Shown here: in pieces, positions 17,138 through 25,592 of the stretch
Layout of the letters: every line of letters begins with the position of its first letter
Position numbering within the stretch: position 1 is the stretch's first letter
Origin: an uncultured Pirellulaceae bacterium
Lineage (GTDB): Bacteria > Planctomycetota > Planctomycetia > Pirellulales > Pirellulaceae
NCBI GenBank assembly: GCA_964409865.1
Contig: CAYPGE010000004.1
Coordinates: 1,740 to 65,739 of the forward strand
Direction of reading: 5' to 3'
DNA: 64,000 bases
Notes under the pieces: generated by a model
What the model was told of the DNA's origin: nothing
What the model saw: the letters and a program-made list of their open reading frames with translations, nothing else
Database searches by the model: none
Program-made: the position numbers and the translations under genes

Positions 17138-17539
17138 TGGCGCCTTGCCATTACGCTAACGCCTTGAGAGCGAAACATCAATCGTGTTACCGCCGATCCG
17201 CAGGTCAAAAGAAAAATTTTTTCCGGAGGGTTTGCCCGCCTGATTGGACGCGCATAAGATGATCGTGATGCCCGGAGGATGACCGGTTCAAGACGTACCG
17301 CTGCGTCAGGATGCGCAATCGGCGCGCTGTGGTTTGCCTCTGCAAACCCTGTGGTTTTGGCGGCCGTGATCGTTTGGTGTAGACTGTAACGAACTCGCCG
17401 GACTTTCCGTCGCTTTTTCGCGCCGTCTCTTTTGCACACGGGCAAATCGTGGCCTATATTCCAGCAGGCCGGATTTTGGTCCTTCCCGATTGGTCTCAGC
17501 CGGCCCGCTATCATGAGCATCCTGAAACGGCGTCAGCCA

Positions 17540-17586
17540 CCGTGCGAGGGGTTGCGTTTGACCTCGTCAATCGCCCCCTCGCACGG
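17540..17586 (+). promoter_or_regulatory. 12-bp perfect GC-rich stem-loop in the 5' leader of the S41 peptidase gene
   Basis: ccgtgcgagggg (17540-17551) pairs with cccctcgcacgg (17575-17586); the loop is 23 nt. It ends 39 nt before ATG 17626. Its function is unknown. Confidence 0.35.
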
Positions 17587-17625
17587 CAGGCTCTCGCACT
17601 TGCCCCCTTGGATGGCGAGCTGACT

Positions 17626-19320
17626 ATGGCGAGACGGTACAATCTGTGGCGGCCGATGATTTCGTCGGCGTTCGCCCGCTTCCTGTTCCTCTTCTTCCTC
17701 CCTGCCGCAATCCTTCTGGGACCAGTGCCGTCCGACGCGCCTGCCCAGGTGGTCATTCCGGCCGAAGCCCTGTCGCCTGACACCGCGGTGACGCAGTTGC
17801 TGCAACGCGGGCAAGACTTGGAGTCGCAACAGCGATGGAGCGAAGCCCTGGCCCACTACGAAGACGCGATCCGGGACTACCCGGACAAGTCGGAACTGTG
17901 GGACCGTCTCACTCAGGCACGCATGCATTACGACGTGTCTCGCCGCTATGAAGATCCCGGCTTCATGAGTTGGGTCCAGCAACTGAGCGAGCGTGACGCG
18001 CAGAACGTGTACTCCGAAGTCTTGCGGAAAATCGAGTCCTATTACGTCAAGCAGCCGTCCTGGCAGGAACTGGCGCAACGCGGCCTGGACAACTTGGATA
18101 TCGCCCTGGCATCGGTTACGTTCCGGCAGGCCAACCAGGTCCGCGGCACGGACGAAGCAGTACGGGCGTTCTGCGATCAGCTCCAGCGCCGGATGCAGGC
18201 CACGAAGGTGCGCAACCAACGGGAAGCCTGCGAGGTGGCCGGCAACGTGGCGAAACTGGCCGAGCAGCAACTGGGACTCCGTCCGGCGGCCACGGTCCTG
18301 GAATTTACCTCCGGCGCCGCCTGCGCCCTGGACCAATACTCGTGCTTCCTCACCGGCGGCCAGTTGGACGAAGTGTTCTCGCAGATTGAGGGCAATTTCG
18401 TCGGCCTGGGCATCGAACTGCGGGCGCAGCAAGACGCGTTGCTGATCGTCAATGTCCTGCCCGGCGGCCCTGCTGAAGCGGCCGGCGTCCGCAACGGCGA
18501 ACGGATCGTGGAGATCAACGGGTTGTCCGTTTCCCAGGTCAGCAGTGATGAGGCGGCGGACATGCTCAAAGGGCCGGAAGACAGCGCGGTGGAAATCGTC
18601 CTGGCGGACCCCGCCGGCGCCGCTCGCCGCCTGCGCGTCGTGCGCCGCCGCGTGGACGTGCCCAGCGTGCAGGACGTCAAGATCGTCGATCGCCAATACG
18701 GCATCGGTTACTTGCGGCTGACCAGCTTCCAGAAAACGACCAACCGCGAGTTCGACGAAGCCTTGTGGCAACTGCACCGCGACGGGATGCAGAGCCTGAT
18801 CGTCGATGTGCGCGGGAATCCGGGCGGACTGCTCCCGGCCGCTGTGGAAGTGGCGGACAAGTTCGTGGCTTCCGGCACCATCGTCTCGACGCGCGGCCGC
18901 AACTCGCACGAGGACTTCGATTATCAAGCCCACGCGGTCGGGACGTGGCAAGTGCCACTCGTGGTCCTGATCGACGGCGATACGGCCAGCGCCGGCGAGA
19001 TCTTTACCGGGGCCATCCACGATCACCGCCGCGGCACGGTGGTCGGACAACGCAGTTACGGCAAGGGGTCCGTGCAGGGCATTTTTTCCTTGAACGCCTC
19101 GAAGGCGGGCGTGCGACTGACTACCGCCAAGTTCTTCTCGCCGGGCGGACACGCCATCAGCCACAACGGCGTTTACCCCGACGTCGTCGTGCGGACCGCC
19201 AAGAAGCCGGTGACCGAAGGCCAGAGCGAAATCAGCTTCGGCGAGGACACCACGCTCGCCGCCGGCCTGCAGGTGGCCCGCAATAGCCTCCTCAGTCAAC
19301 GGCAGGCGGCGACGCCGTAG
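17626..19320 (+). CDS. S41-family C-terminal processing peptidase with PDZ domain
   Basis: Track ORF 17449..19320 trimmed to MARRYNLWRPMISSAFARFLFLFFLPAAILL (membrane anchor or signal). It has a PDZ-like LPGGPAEAAGVRNGERIVEING segment and the S41 motifs RGNPGGLL and LIDGDTASAGEIF. Confidence 0.9.
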   Translation: MARRYNLWRPMISSAFARFLFLFFLPAAILLGPVPSDAPAQVVIPAEALSPDTAVTQLLQRGQDLESQQRWSEALAHYEDAIRDYPDKSELWDRLTQARMHYDVSRRYEDPGFMSWVQQLSERDAQNVYSEVLRKIESYYVKQPSWQELAQRGLDNLDIALASVTFRQANQVRGTDEAVRAFCDQLQRRMQATKVRNQREACEVAGNVAKLAEQQLGLRPAATVLEFTSGAACALDQYSCFLTGGQLDEVFSQIEGNFVGLGIELRAQQDALLIVNVLPGGPAEAAGVRNGERIVEINGLSVSQVSSDEAADMLKGPEDSAVEIVLADPAGAARRLRVVRRRVDVPSVQDVKIVDRQYGIGYLRLTSFQKTTNREFDEALWQLHRDGMQSLIVDVRGNPGGLLPAAVEVADKFVASGTIVSTRGRNSHEDFDYQAHAVGTWQVPLVVLIDGDTASAGEIFTGAIHDHRRGTVVGQRSYGKGSVQGIFSLNASKAGVRLTTAKFFSPGGHAISHNGVYPDVVVRTAKKPVTEGQSEISFGEDTTLAAGLQVARNSLLSQRQAATP

Positions 19321-19384
19321 CGCCCAACGGTCCGTCTCGCAATCTCGTCGCCTTCCTGAACGCGTGCTTCTGCACACGTGGCAC

Positions 19385-19433
19385 GGCCTGCTTGTTGGCC
19401 GTGTCCGCCGTTTCCACGGCCAACAAGTAGGCC
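19385..19433. repeat. 19-bp-stem hairpin (one mismatch) downstream of the S41 peptidase gene; possible terminator or REP
   Basis: ggcctgcttgttggccgtg (19385-19403) pairs with cacggccaacaagtaggcc (19415-19433); the loop is 11 nt and no U-tract follows. Confidence 0.5.
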
Positions 19434-19507
19434 GGGCCACGCGGAAAGTACCTTGAAACGGAACGGCTGCCGCGCTACGATGCCAGAAAACGGGAGGCAT
19501 TTCTGCG

Positions 19508-19828
19508 ATGGACGTTTATCCGGTTAAACTGCAAATGGTCGAGCCGTCGTCGCTGCTGATCGAATGGAGCGACGGACGGAAGCAGCAGTATCCGAGCGCC
19601 GAGTTGCGGAGCCACTGCCCGTGCGCCACGTGCCGCGAGCAACAGAAAGCCGCAGGGCAGGAATCCGCCGCCCGGCCGCCGCTGTCCGAGGCCCAGACGC
19701 TGCAAGTCGTGTCCATGAAGCCCGTCGGCAACTATGCCTACTGCATCGCCTTCAGCGACGGGCACGATACCGGCATCTACACGTTCGAGCAACTCCGCAA
19801 GTTGGGGCACGAGGTGCTGGGCGGCTGA
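19508..19828 (+). CDS. DUF971-domain protein (gamma-butyrobetaine hydroxylase-like N-terminal domain)
   Basis: The sequence LLIEWSDGRKQQYPSAELRSHCPCATC...VGNYAYCIAFSDGHDTGIYTFEQLRKLG matches the DUF971 layout (from memory). Confidence 0.85.
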   Translation: MDVYPVKLQMVEPSSLLIEWSDGRKQQYPSAELRSHCPCATCREQQKAAGQESAARPPLSEAQTLQVVSMKPVGNYAYCIAFSDGHDTGIYTFEQLRKLGHEVLGG

Positions 19829-19873
19829 TCTTCTTCATTTTTCTGTCACCACGTTTTTCTGGCCCATTGCCTT

Positions 19874-20509
19874 TCATCTTTCTGCGGCCGGCGGACTCGG
19901 GGTGGACGCAGGTGCGGAGAGTTGCTGGGCCTCGGCCGAACGGTCGATCTTATGCGTGCCGTGGCAATCGGTGCAGATGACCGGCCTCTGCAGACTCAAC
20001 CTCCGTTCGGTGAAGCGGGCCAGCACTTTCTTGGCCGGCGCGTCGTGCGTGTCGTGGCATTGCTCGCAACTCTTGTCCACCTTGTCGCGCGAGTACACGA
20101 TATCCGGCTTGGTGGCCCCGATGTTCTCGTCGTTGGCGTGTTTGTCGCTCAGTCCGTGGCACTTGGCGCAGGAGATGCCTTCGGCCAAGTGTACCTTGGC
20201 CAACTCTTCCTTGACGAACGGAATGTGGCAGACGTAGCAAGCGCCGTTCAGACTCAATGGATCCAACTCCGGCGGCGGAGCCGCAGCGGGCGCCGGCGCG
20301 TCCGGCAAAGCGGGCTTGGCAGCGCCGCCGGCGGGATCGTCGGCGGCGAGAATCGCGACGGCCAAGAGCAACAGCAGGCCCGCCGCGAAAGAACTCACGG
20401 CATATCGCAGGTGGCCAACGGAGGCCGCAGCCGCGCCGGCGGGACGGGGCGGGAGACCCCTACTGCGCGAGCGCCCGCACTCCGACCGTTTTCTCAGACG
20501 TAGTGCCAT
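19874..20509 (-). CDS. Tetrahaem c-type cytochrome
   Basis: It has four CxxCH motifs (CYVCH, CAKCH, CEQCH, CTDCH) and a hydrophobic N-terminal segment (SSFAAGLLLLLAVAILAA). The start is uncertain: ATG 20509 overlaps the upstream reductase stop by 16 nt, and GTG 20398 is an alternative. Confidence 0.8.
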   Translation of the reverse strand: MALRLRKRSECGRSRSRGLPPRPAGAAAASVGHLRYAVSSFAAGLLLLLAVAILAADDPAGGAAKPALPDAPAPAAAPPPELDPLSLNGACYVCHIPFVKEELAKVHLAEGISCAKCHGLSDKHANDENIGATKPDIVYSRDKVDKSCEQCHDTHDAPAKKVLARFTERRLSLQRPVICTDCHGTHKIDRSAEAQQLSAPASTPSPPAAER

Positions 20510-21552
20510 TTGTGCAACCACTGGTAGTCCGGGGTGAGATGGGCATAGAAGTTGCGCAGGCACTGTTCGTAGGCCGCCTTGTCCGCGGGTGTCGAGGGCG
20601 TGCCTTTCTCGTGAGAGCCCTTCACGTTTTCCTCCAATTGCTCCGGGATGTTGACGCCGGGAATGATGGCGGACAAACGCGGCTCCTGCAGCATTTCCTT
20701 GACCAGCACGCGGGCGCGGCTGTCGATGCGATCCTTGATTTCCCGCGGCTTGATGCCGAAGGTCGTGCCGGCACCGAATGGCTTCAGACCGATCACGCCG
20801 ACGTTCTTCTCCTGGGCCAGCTTCAACAGGCTGTCGCCTCCCAGTTCCTTGGTCAGGAACAGATACGGGAAGATGATGACGTCAAACTGAGGATATTTTC
20901 CCAGCACCTTGCGAAAGACTTTCGGGTTGTGGGCCGAGACGCCCAGGAAGCGGACCTTGCCCTGCTGCTTGGCCTTCTCGAACACTTGAACCACCGCATC
21001 GAGCGTTTTTTCGTTGACGTCCATCAACGTGCCGAGATTGTTCTGGCCGGGCCCCCACGTCGCGCCGACGGGACGCCACATGTCCAGCATCTCGGTCTTG
21101 TACGATTTCAGCCGCGCCTCGATGTTCTTCGTCATCCCTTCGGGCGTCAGCTGGTCTTCGTAGTCCGGCGTGATCTTCTCCGGCCAGGACGCGAAACCGA
21201 TGAACCACTTGTCACGGCCGGCGGTCTTCGTTTGGGCCATTGCCGCGCCGTACAGATCGCACTCGCCGTCGATGTTGTTGTCGACGTAGTTCAGTCCTAG
21301 CTCAACTGCCTTTTCCAGCACCGGGACGCGGTCCTCCACGGATCGTCCGCCATGGCCGCCCAGCGAGATTTCCGAGATCATGAAGCCCGTTTTACCCAGG
21401 GGCCGATAAGTCATCTTCGGGTTGTAGTTCAGGATCTTGCTCGGATCGACCGGCGCGGCTTGCGCCGCGACCAAGGGCGCCAACGCGGCGCCCGCCGCAA
21501 CGGTAGAACTGGTCCTGAGAAAATCGCGCCGACTGTTGCCTGTGCATGACAT
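20494..21552 (-). CDS. Aldo/keto reductase with twin-arginine signal
   Basis: Track ORF 20494..21774 trimmed to ATG 21552 (AGGAG upstream). MSCTGNSRRDFLRTSSTVAAGAALAP is a Tat signal. The body is AKR-like (YRPLGKTGFMISEISLGG..., LGLNYVDN..., RFLGVSAHN). Confidence 0.9.
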   Translation of the reverse strand: MSCTGNSRRDFLRTSSTVAAGAALAPLVAAQAAPVDPSKILNYNPKMTYRPLGKTGFMISEISLGGHGGRSVEDRVPVLEKAVELGLNYVDNNIDGECDLYGAAMAQTKTAGRDKWFIGFASWPEKITPDYEDQLTPEGMTKNIEARLKSYKTEMLDMWRPVGATWGPGQNNLGTLMDVNEKTLDAVVQVFEKAKQQGKVRFLGVSAHNPKVFRKVLGKYPQFDVIIFPYLFLTKELGGDSLLKLAQEKNVGVIGLKPFGAGTTFGIKPREIKDRIDSRARVLVKEMLQEPRLSAIIPGVNIPEQLEENVKGSHEKGTPSTPADKAAYEQCLRNFYAHLTPDYQWLHKWHYV

Positions 21553-21798
21553 GGGGAGATCTCCTGTGGATTGAGACCGGCTCGCCACGGCGGAACCCGC
21601 CGCGGGGAAGACGCCAGAACGGTTCCTTCGCGCTTCCCACTGGCCGTCCAGTGTAACCGAAGAGCTGTCCGAATACCAAGCCGATTGTGCCAGTTTCGGG
21701 TGACCAAGGGCGGACCGCCCGAAGATCGCCGCCGAGACGAGTGCATGCCCGCCGCAGTCCACGGGCTGCTCCATTCCCGCAGCACCGCTGGCGTGCCG

Positions 21799-23625
21799 TC
21801 AACGAAGGGGGGCGGCCGTTTCCTGGCCGGCGTGAGCGGTTCTTGCCGCGGGCGGCGCGGCACCGACGAGCAGCAGTCGCTCTCGACGCAAGAAAAGCGG
21901 GCACTCGGCCAGCACGGCGGCGTGAGGCGGCAAGAGCGCTCGCAACTCCTCCCAGCGACGATCCGTCGTGATGATAAAACGGTCCTGGCCTTGCCCAAAG
22001 AACTCCGCGGCGGACGGACGCGGCTTGGGGCTCCACCTGCCTGCGCGTGATTCCTCCGCACCGGTCGTGTCCAACGCCAATTCGTCGATGGGCCGGCCAC
22101 CGTAGAAAATCCAGGTCGGCTCCAAGCGCCCGAAGGCACCGATGCGGGGCGCGCCACCCGAACGTTGGATCGCGGCCCACAAGAGATGATTCTGCTGGTG
22201 ACGGTCCACCCGCGCTGCAGCCCAGCCGAACAAGGCTGTGGTGAAAGCGACGGCGGTCACGGCCACCGTCCAGGCGGCTTGGGAAGAACGCTGTCTATGC
22301 TGGAAAACAAAGGCGGCGACGGCGCCGGCCAACGGAACCAAGCCTACGGCTGCCAGCCACGTCTCGCCGGGCAACAGCCTCTGGGCGGCAAACGGGATGG
22401 CGGCCACAATCACCAGGCCCACGACGCCCAGCGTCACAATCGCCCCGGCGGGCCAATGACGCCAGCCGGCCGCTGTGTCTCGTATCCAGTGCTGGATGAA
22501 ACAAGCCGTCAGAAGCGCCAACGCCGGATAACAGGGTGTCACGTAGCTGGGAAGCTTGGTCCGGGCCAGCGAAAACAAGGCCACGTACACGCCGATCCAG
22601 CAAACGGCAAACAGGCACGACGGCGCCCAAGACTCCTTCTTGCGGACCGACGCCGTCACGTCGGCAATCACCGGCGCTGCAAACACCGACCATGGAAAGA
22701 AACCGACGAGGATCGCGACGGGATAGAACCACGGCCCTCCCGCGTGACCTTCCATCGAATGAGCAGCCCGACCCAAGTTGTGATCCCAGAAGAAGACGCG
22801 TAGAAATTCGCCGTCCGTTCGCCAACCAACCCACGCGTACCACGGGCCGGCGACCGCCAGCACGACGGCCACGGCGGTCAAAGGCCGCATCGACCAGCAG
22901 GTGCGCAGGAAGTGCCCTGGGGCAAACGGCCGGAGGACGCGCAGCAGCCACCATCGCCAGGCAGACATTCCAGCCGGTCGAGCGATGTCAGGCAGCCGCA
23001 CGATCAGCAAAAACATCCCGATCACAGCACTGGGCAGGACTGCACCCACCGGACCCTTGGCCAGGACCGCCAGGCCCATCAGGCCGTACATGGCCGCGAC
23101 GGTCGCCCAACGCCTTGGGAAGTAGGTGCCATCGGCCGGGAACGCTCCCAGCACATAGACCAACATGGCCGCCGTGGAGAAGAAAATCAGCACCGAGTCA
23201 GGCGTTGCGATCCGCCCCGCCAGGACGAACATCAGACTGCTCGCCAAGACGATTCCGGCCCACAGCCCAACGTTGGCGTTGAATAGCCTGCGGCCGATCC
23301 CATACGTCGCCAACGCGGTTCCGATGGCCAAAGCAGCGGACCAGAAACGTGCCGCAAATTCGTTCACGCCGAACGTGTTGTAGGCTGAAATGATCAACCA
23401 GTACAGCAGGACCGGCTTGTGTGCCCGCAGCTCGGCGTTGAACACCGGCACCACCCAGTCGCCACGCTGCATCATCTCCAGCGCACAGCCCGCGTTTCGA
23501 GGCTCGTCGCGATCCCACAGCCGCGTTCCCCCCAAATTCGTGAACATGACCACCGATGCCAAGGCGATGATGACAACGCCATGAATGCCGATCTTCACGA
23601 ATTCGTGATTTCGCTGGTCGCGCAT
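21799..23625 (-). CDS. Glycosyltransferase family 39 (ArnT / PMT-like polyprenyl-phosphate-sugar transferase), polytopic membrane protein
   Basis: The N-terminus ...LWDRDEPRNAGCALEMMQRGDWVVPVFNAELRAHKPVLLYWLI is typical of ArnT-like enzymes. Many hydrophobic segments follow. Confidence 0.9.
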   Translation of the reverse strand: MRDQRNHEFVKIGIHGVVIIALASVVMFTNLGGTRLWDRDEPRNAGCALEMMQRGDWVVPVFNAELRAHKPVLLYWLIISAYNTFGVNEFAARFWSAALAIGTALATYGIGRRLFNANVGLWAGIVLASSLMFVLAGRIATPDSVLIFFSTAAMLVYVLGAFPADGTYFPRRWATVAAMYGLMGLAVLAKGPVGAVLPSAVIGMFLLIVRLPDIARPAGMSAWRWWLLRVLRPFAPGHFLRTCWSMRPLTAVAVVLAVAGPWYAWVGWRTDGEFLRVFFWDHNLGRAAHSMEGHAGGPWFYPVAILVGFFPWSVFAAPVIADVTASVRKKESWAPSCLFAVCWIGVYVALFSLARTKLPSYVTPCYPALALLTACFIQHWIRDTAAGWRHWPAGAIVTLGVVGLVIVAAIPFAAQRLLPGETWLAAVGLVPLAGAVAAFVFQHRQRSSQAAWTVAVTAVAFTTALFGWAAARVDRHQQNHLLWAAIQRSGGAPRIGAFGRLEPTWIFYGGRPIDELALDTTGAEESRAGRWSPKPRPSAAEFFGQGQDRFIITTDRRWEELRALLPPHAAVLAECPLFLRRERLLLVGAAPPAARTAHAGQETAAPLR

Positions 23626-23955
23626 GTCTTCTGGCCCACTCCGAGTTAATGATGCAACGGGCGCGGAAGTTTAGAAAGACTGGCGATGCCAGACAAGATC
23701 AACCGGCGAAGTGGCCCAAGTCGTGCGACTACGGTCTTTCGTTGCTTCACGCGAAATCCCACGACTTCGACGTCTGTGATCATCTGGCAAGGCTGCAACT
23801 TGTGCCTCAAGCACCTCTCCTGACCTTTCGTAGAATCCGCAAACCTGCTAATCTCCCATCCTCGCAACGTCAGTGGAGTTTCCTTTCGGGCGCCGGACCG
23901 AGGCTGCATTTCGCGTCGCACGCTACCGAACGGTTCTGATAGGGAGGATGGTTGC

Positions 23956-24636
23956 TTGAGTCGCCGGTTGTATTGGTTAGCCGCCTTGTTCCTCGTCGCC
24001 ACGGCGCTGGCATTGCCCGTCGACACTCCCATCGCCAAGTTCTGCAAAGACGGGTTAGTTCCCGACTTCTTTGACACGCTGCTGTCACTGGCGGAGGTCT
24101 TCGCACACGGTTTGGGGGCGGCATGCATACTGCTGACCGCTTTCGTGCTCGACGCCAGCCATCGTCGCCACATGGTTCGTGTGGTGATCAGCGTCTTCGC
24201 AGCCGGTCTGCTGGCCAACTTGGCAAAGCTGGTCGTGGGTCGCTTGCGTCCCCGGACACTGATGGTCGATCATGTCTGGGACAGCTTTATCGGCTGGTTC
24301 CCGGTGTGGAGCGGCAACGTGCCGCGGGCGAGTCGTTCTCTCGAAGTCCAATCGTTCCCATCGGGGCACGCGATTGTGGCCACGGCGCTGGCCATCGGCC
24401 TGTCGGCCCTTTATCCGCGCGGCCGGTGGCTTTTTGTTTTTTTTGCCGTACTGGCCGCGTTGCAGCGAGTCGAAGCGACGGCCCATTACCTGAGCGATAC
24501 GATGGCCGGGGCGGCGATCGCCTGCCTGTTCTGCGGCATCTGCTTCGACGCCCGGCTACTGGGCCGTTGGTTTGACCGGTGGGAAGCCAAAGCCGTCGCC
24601 AACCGTTGCGATTTCCCGGACGACCCGCTAGGATAA
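23956..24636 (+). CDS. PAP2-superfamily phosphatase (membrane)
   Basis: PAP2 motifs are present: KLVVGRLRP, SFPSGH and ATAHYLSD. The start is TTG at 23956 with AGGGAGGA upstream. Confidence 0.85.
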   Translation: MSRRLYWLAALFLVATALALPVDTPIAKFCKDGLVPDFFDTLLSLAEVFAHGLGAACILLTAFVLDASHRRHMVRVVISVFAAGLLANLAKLVVGRLRPRTLMVDHVWDSFIGWFPVWSGNVPRASRSLEVQSFPSGHAIVATALAIGLSALYPRGRWLFVFFAVLAALQRVEATAHYLSDTMAGAAIACLFCGICFDARLLGRWFDRWEAKAVANRCDFPDDPLG

Positions 24637-24675
24637 AGTCTGGGTCAAGGCAAACATAGAATTGGAGTCGCGCTC

Positions 24676-25356
24676 ATGACCATTTGGACAATTGCGCTGG
24701 GTCTGGCCCTGGTGGTTGCCGACAGCAGGCCGCCGGCGGGAGCCGACACATCGGGGACGCCCGCGGTTGCTCCGCGCCGTTACCACGAGATCGAGAATGA
24801 CATCTCCCAAGCCTTGCGAGCGGAGACGCACGCCAAGACGTCCGAGGCGCGAACTGCGGCCGTGCACATGATGTGCGACTTGTATGGCGAACTGAGCGTT
24901 GACCCGCGGCGGGAGGCGAGCGACGTTCTGAAGAGCTACCGGGCCAAGCTCTGGAGTCGCCTGACGCGGATTAAACGGGAACTCGAACAACGTCTCGCCC
25001 GCGAGTCTGGCGGCTCGTCCAGCCGATCGCTCCGCGAAGGCGAAACGCAAGCGATCCAGGACGCGGCTGCGAGCTTGGCGTCGCAGATCAGCTATTCCAG
25101 CTACACGCTGGGGGGCCCGAGCTACGTGCTGGCTTACAGCGGCGCGGCATTCGGAGGCGGAACGGCCAACGACCACGCCCAGGAGTTGATCGATCTGATC
25201 CAACGCACAATCAGCCCCCAATCCTGGGACGTCAACGGCGGCCAGGGCTCGATGTTCTACTTCCGCCCCTTGATGGCCTTGGTCGTGCGGGCGACGTCCG
25301 AAGTCCACGGCGACGTCGGCGGACTGCTCGAAGCCCTGCGTCGCGCCGGTCAGTAG
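24676..25356 (+). CDS. Secreted hypothetical protein
   Basis: Signal peptide MTIWTIALGLALVVADS and G/C-rich third codon positions. The C-terminal segment SWDVNGGQGSMFYFRPLMALVVRATSEVHGDVGGLLEALR resembles a motif I recall from secretin-N-like modules (low certainty). Confidence 0.7.
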   Translation: MTIWTIALGLALVVADSRPPAGADTSGTPAVAPRRYHEIENDISQALRAETHAKTSEARTAAVHMMCDLYGELSVDPRREASDVLKSYRAKLWSRLTRIKRELEQRLARESGGSSSRSLREGETQAIQDAAASLASQISYSSYTLGGPSYVLAYSGAAFGGGTANDHAQELIDLIQRTISPQSWDVNGGQGSMFYFRPLMALVVRATSEVHGDVGGLLEALRRAGQ

Positions 25357-25592
25357 CACGCCACGTGGTACAAAGAGTCCGTCGCGCATTTCGTTTGTTG
25401 TGCGTTTCTGTGCCTCTTGTGGCTCGGGTCTGCTGGACGGGCCTTGGGATCAGCCGGGGGCGCGCTAGCCCTGGTTTGCTCCGGTTGCCAGGTTCAGCCC
25501 CAAATTCTGGCGATGACAACGCGCCACCGTTCGGCTTGTGTCGCGACTGGTCAACCGGGGGCTAGCACCCCGCGGCTGACAAATAGGCCGAA

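Noticed and set aside
17533-19500. 655-aa ORF antisense to the S41 peptidase gene. Similar long antisense ORFs are 869..2197-, 2934..4433+, 4658..6106-, 12530..13951-, 16351..17004+ and 20257..21300+, plus their mirrors.
   Set aside because: These are typical high-GC shadow ORFs. They have Arg/Ala/Gly/Pro-rich low-complexity translations, no recognisable motifs, and no RBS or signal features. Each lies opposite a gene with clear family motifs.
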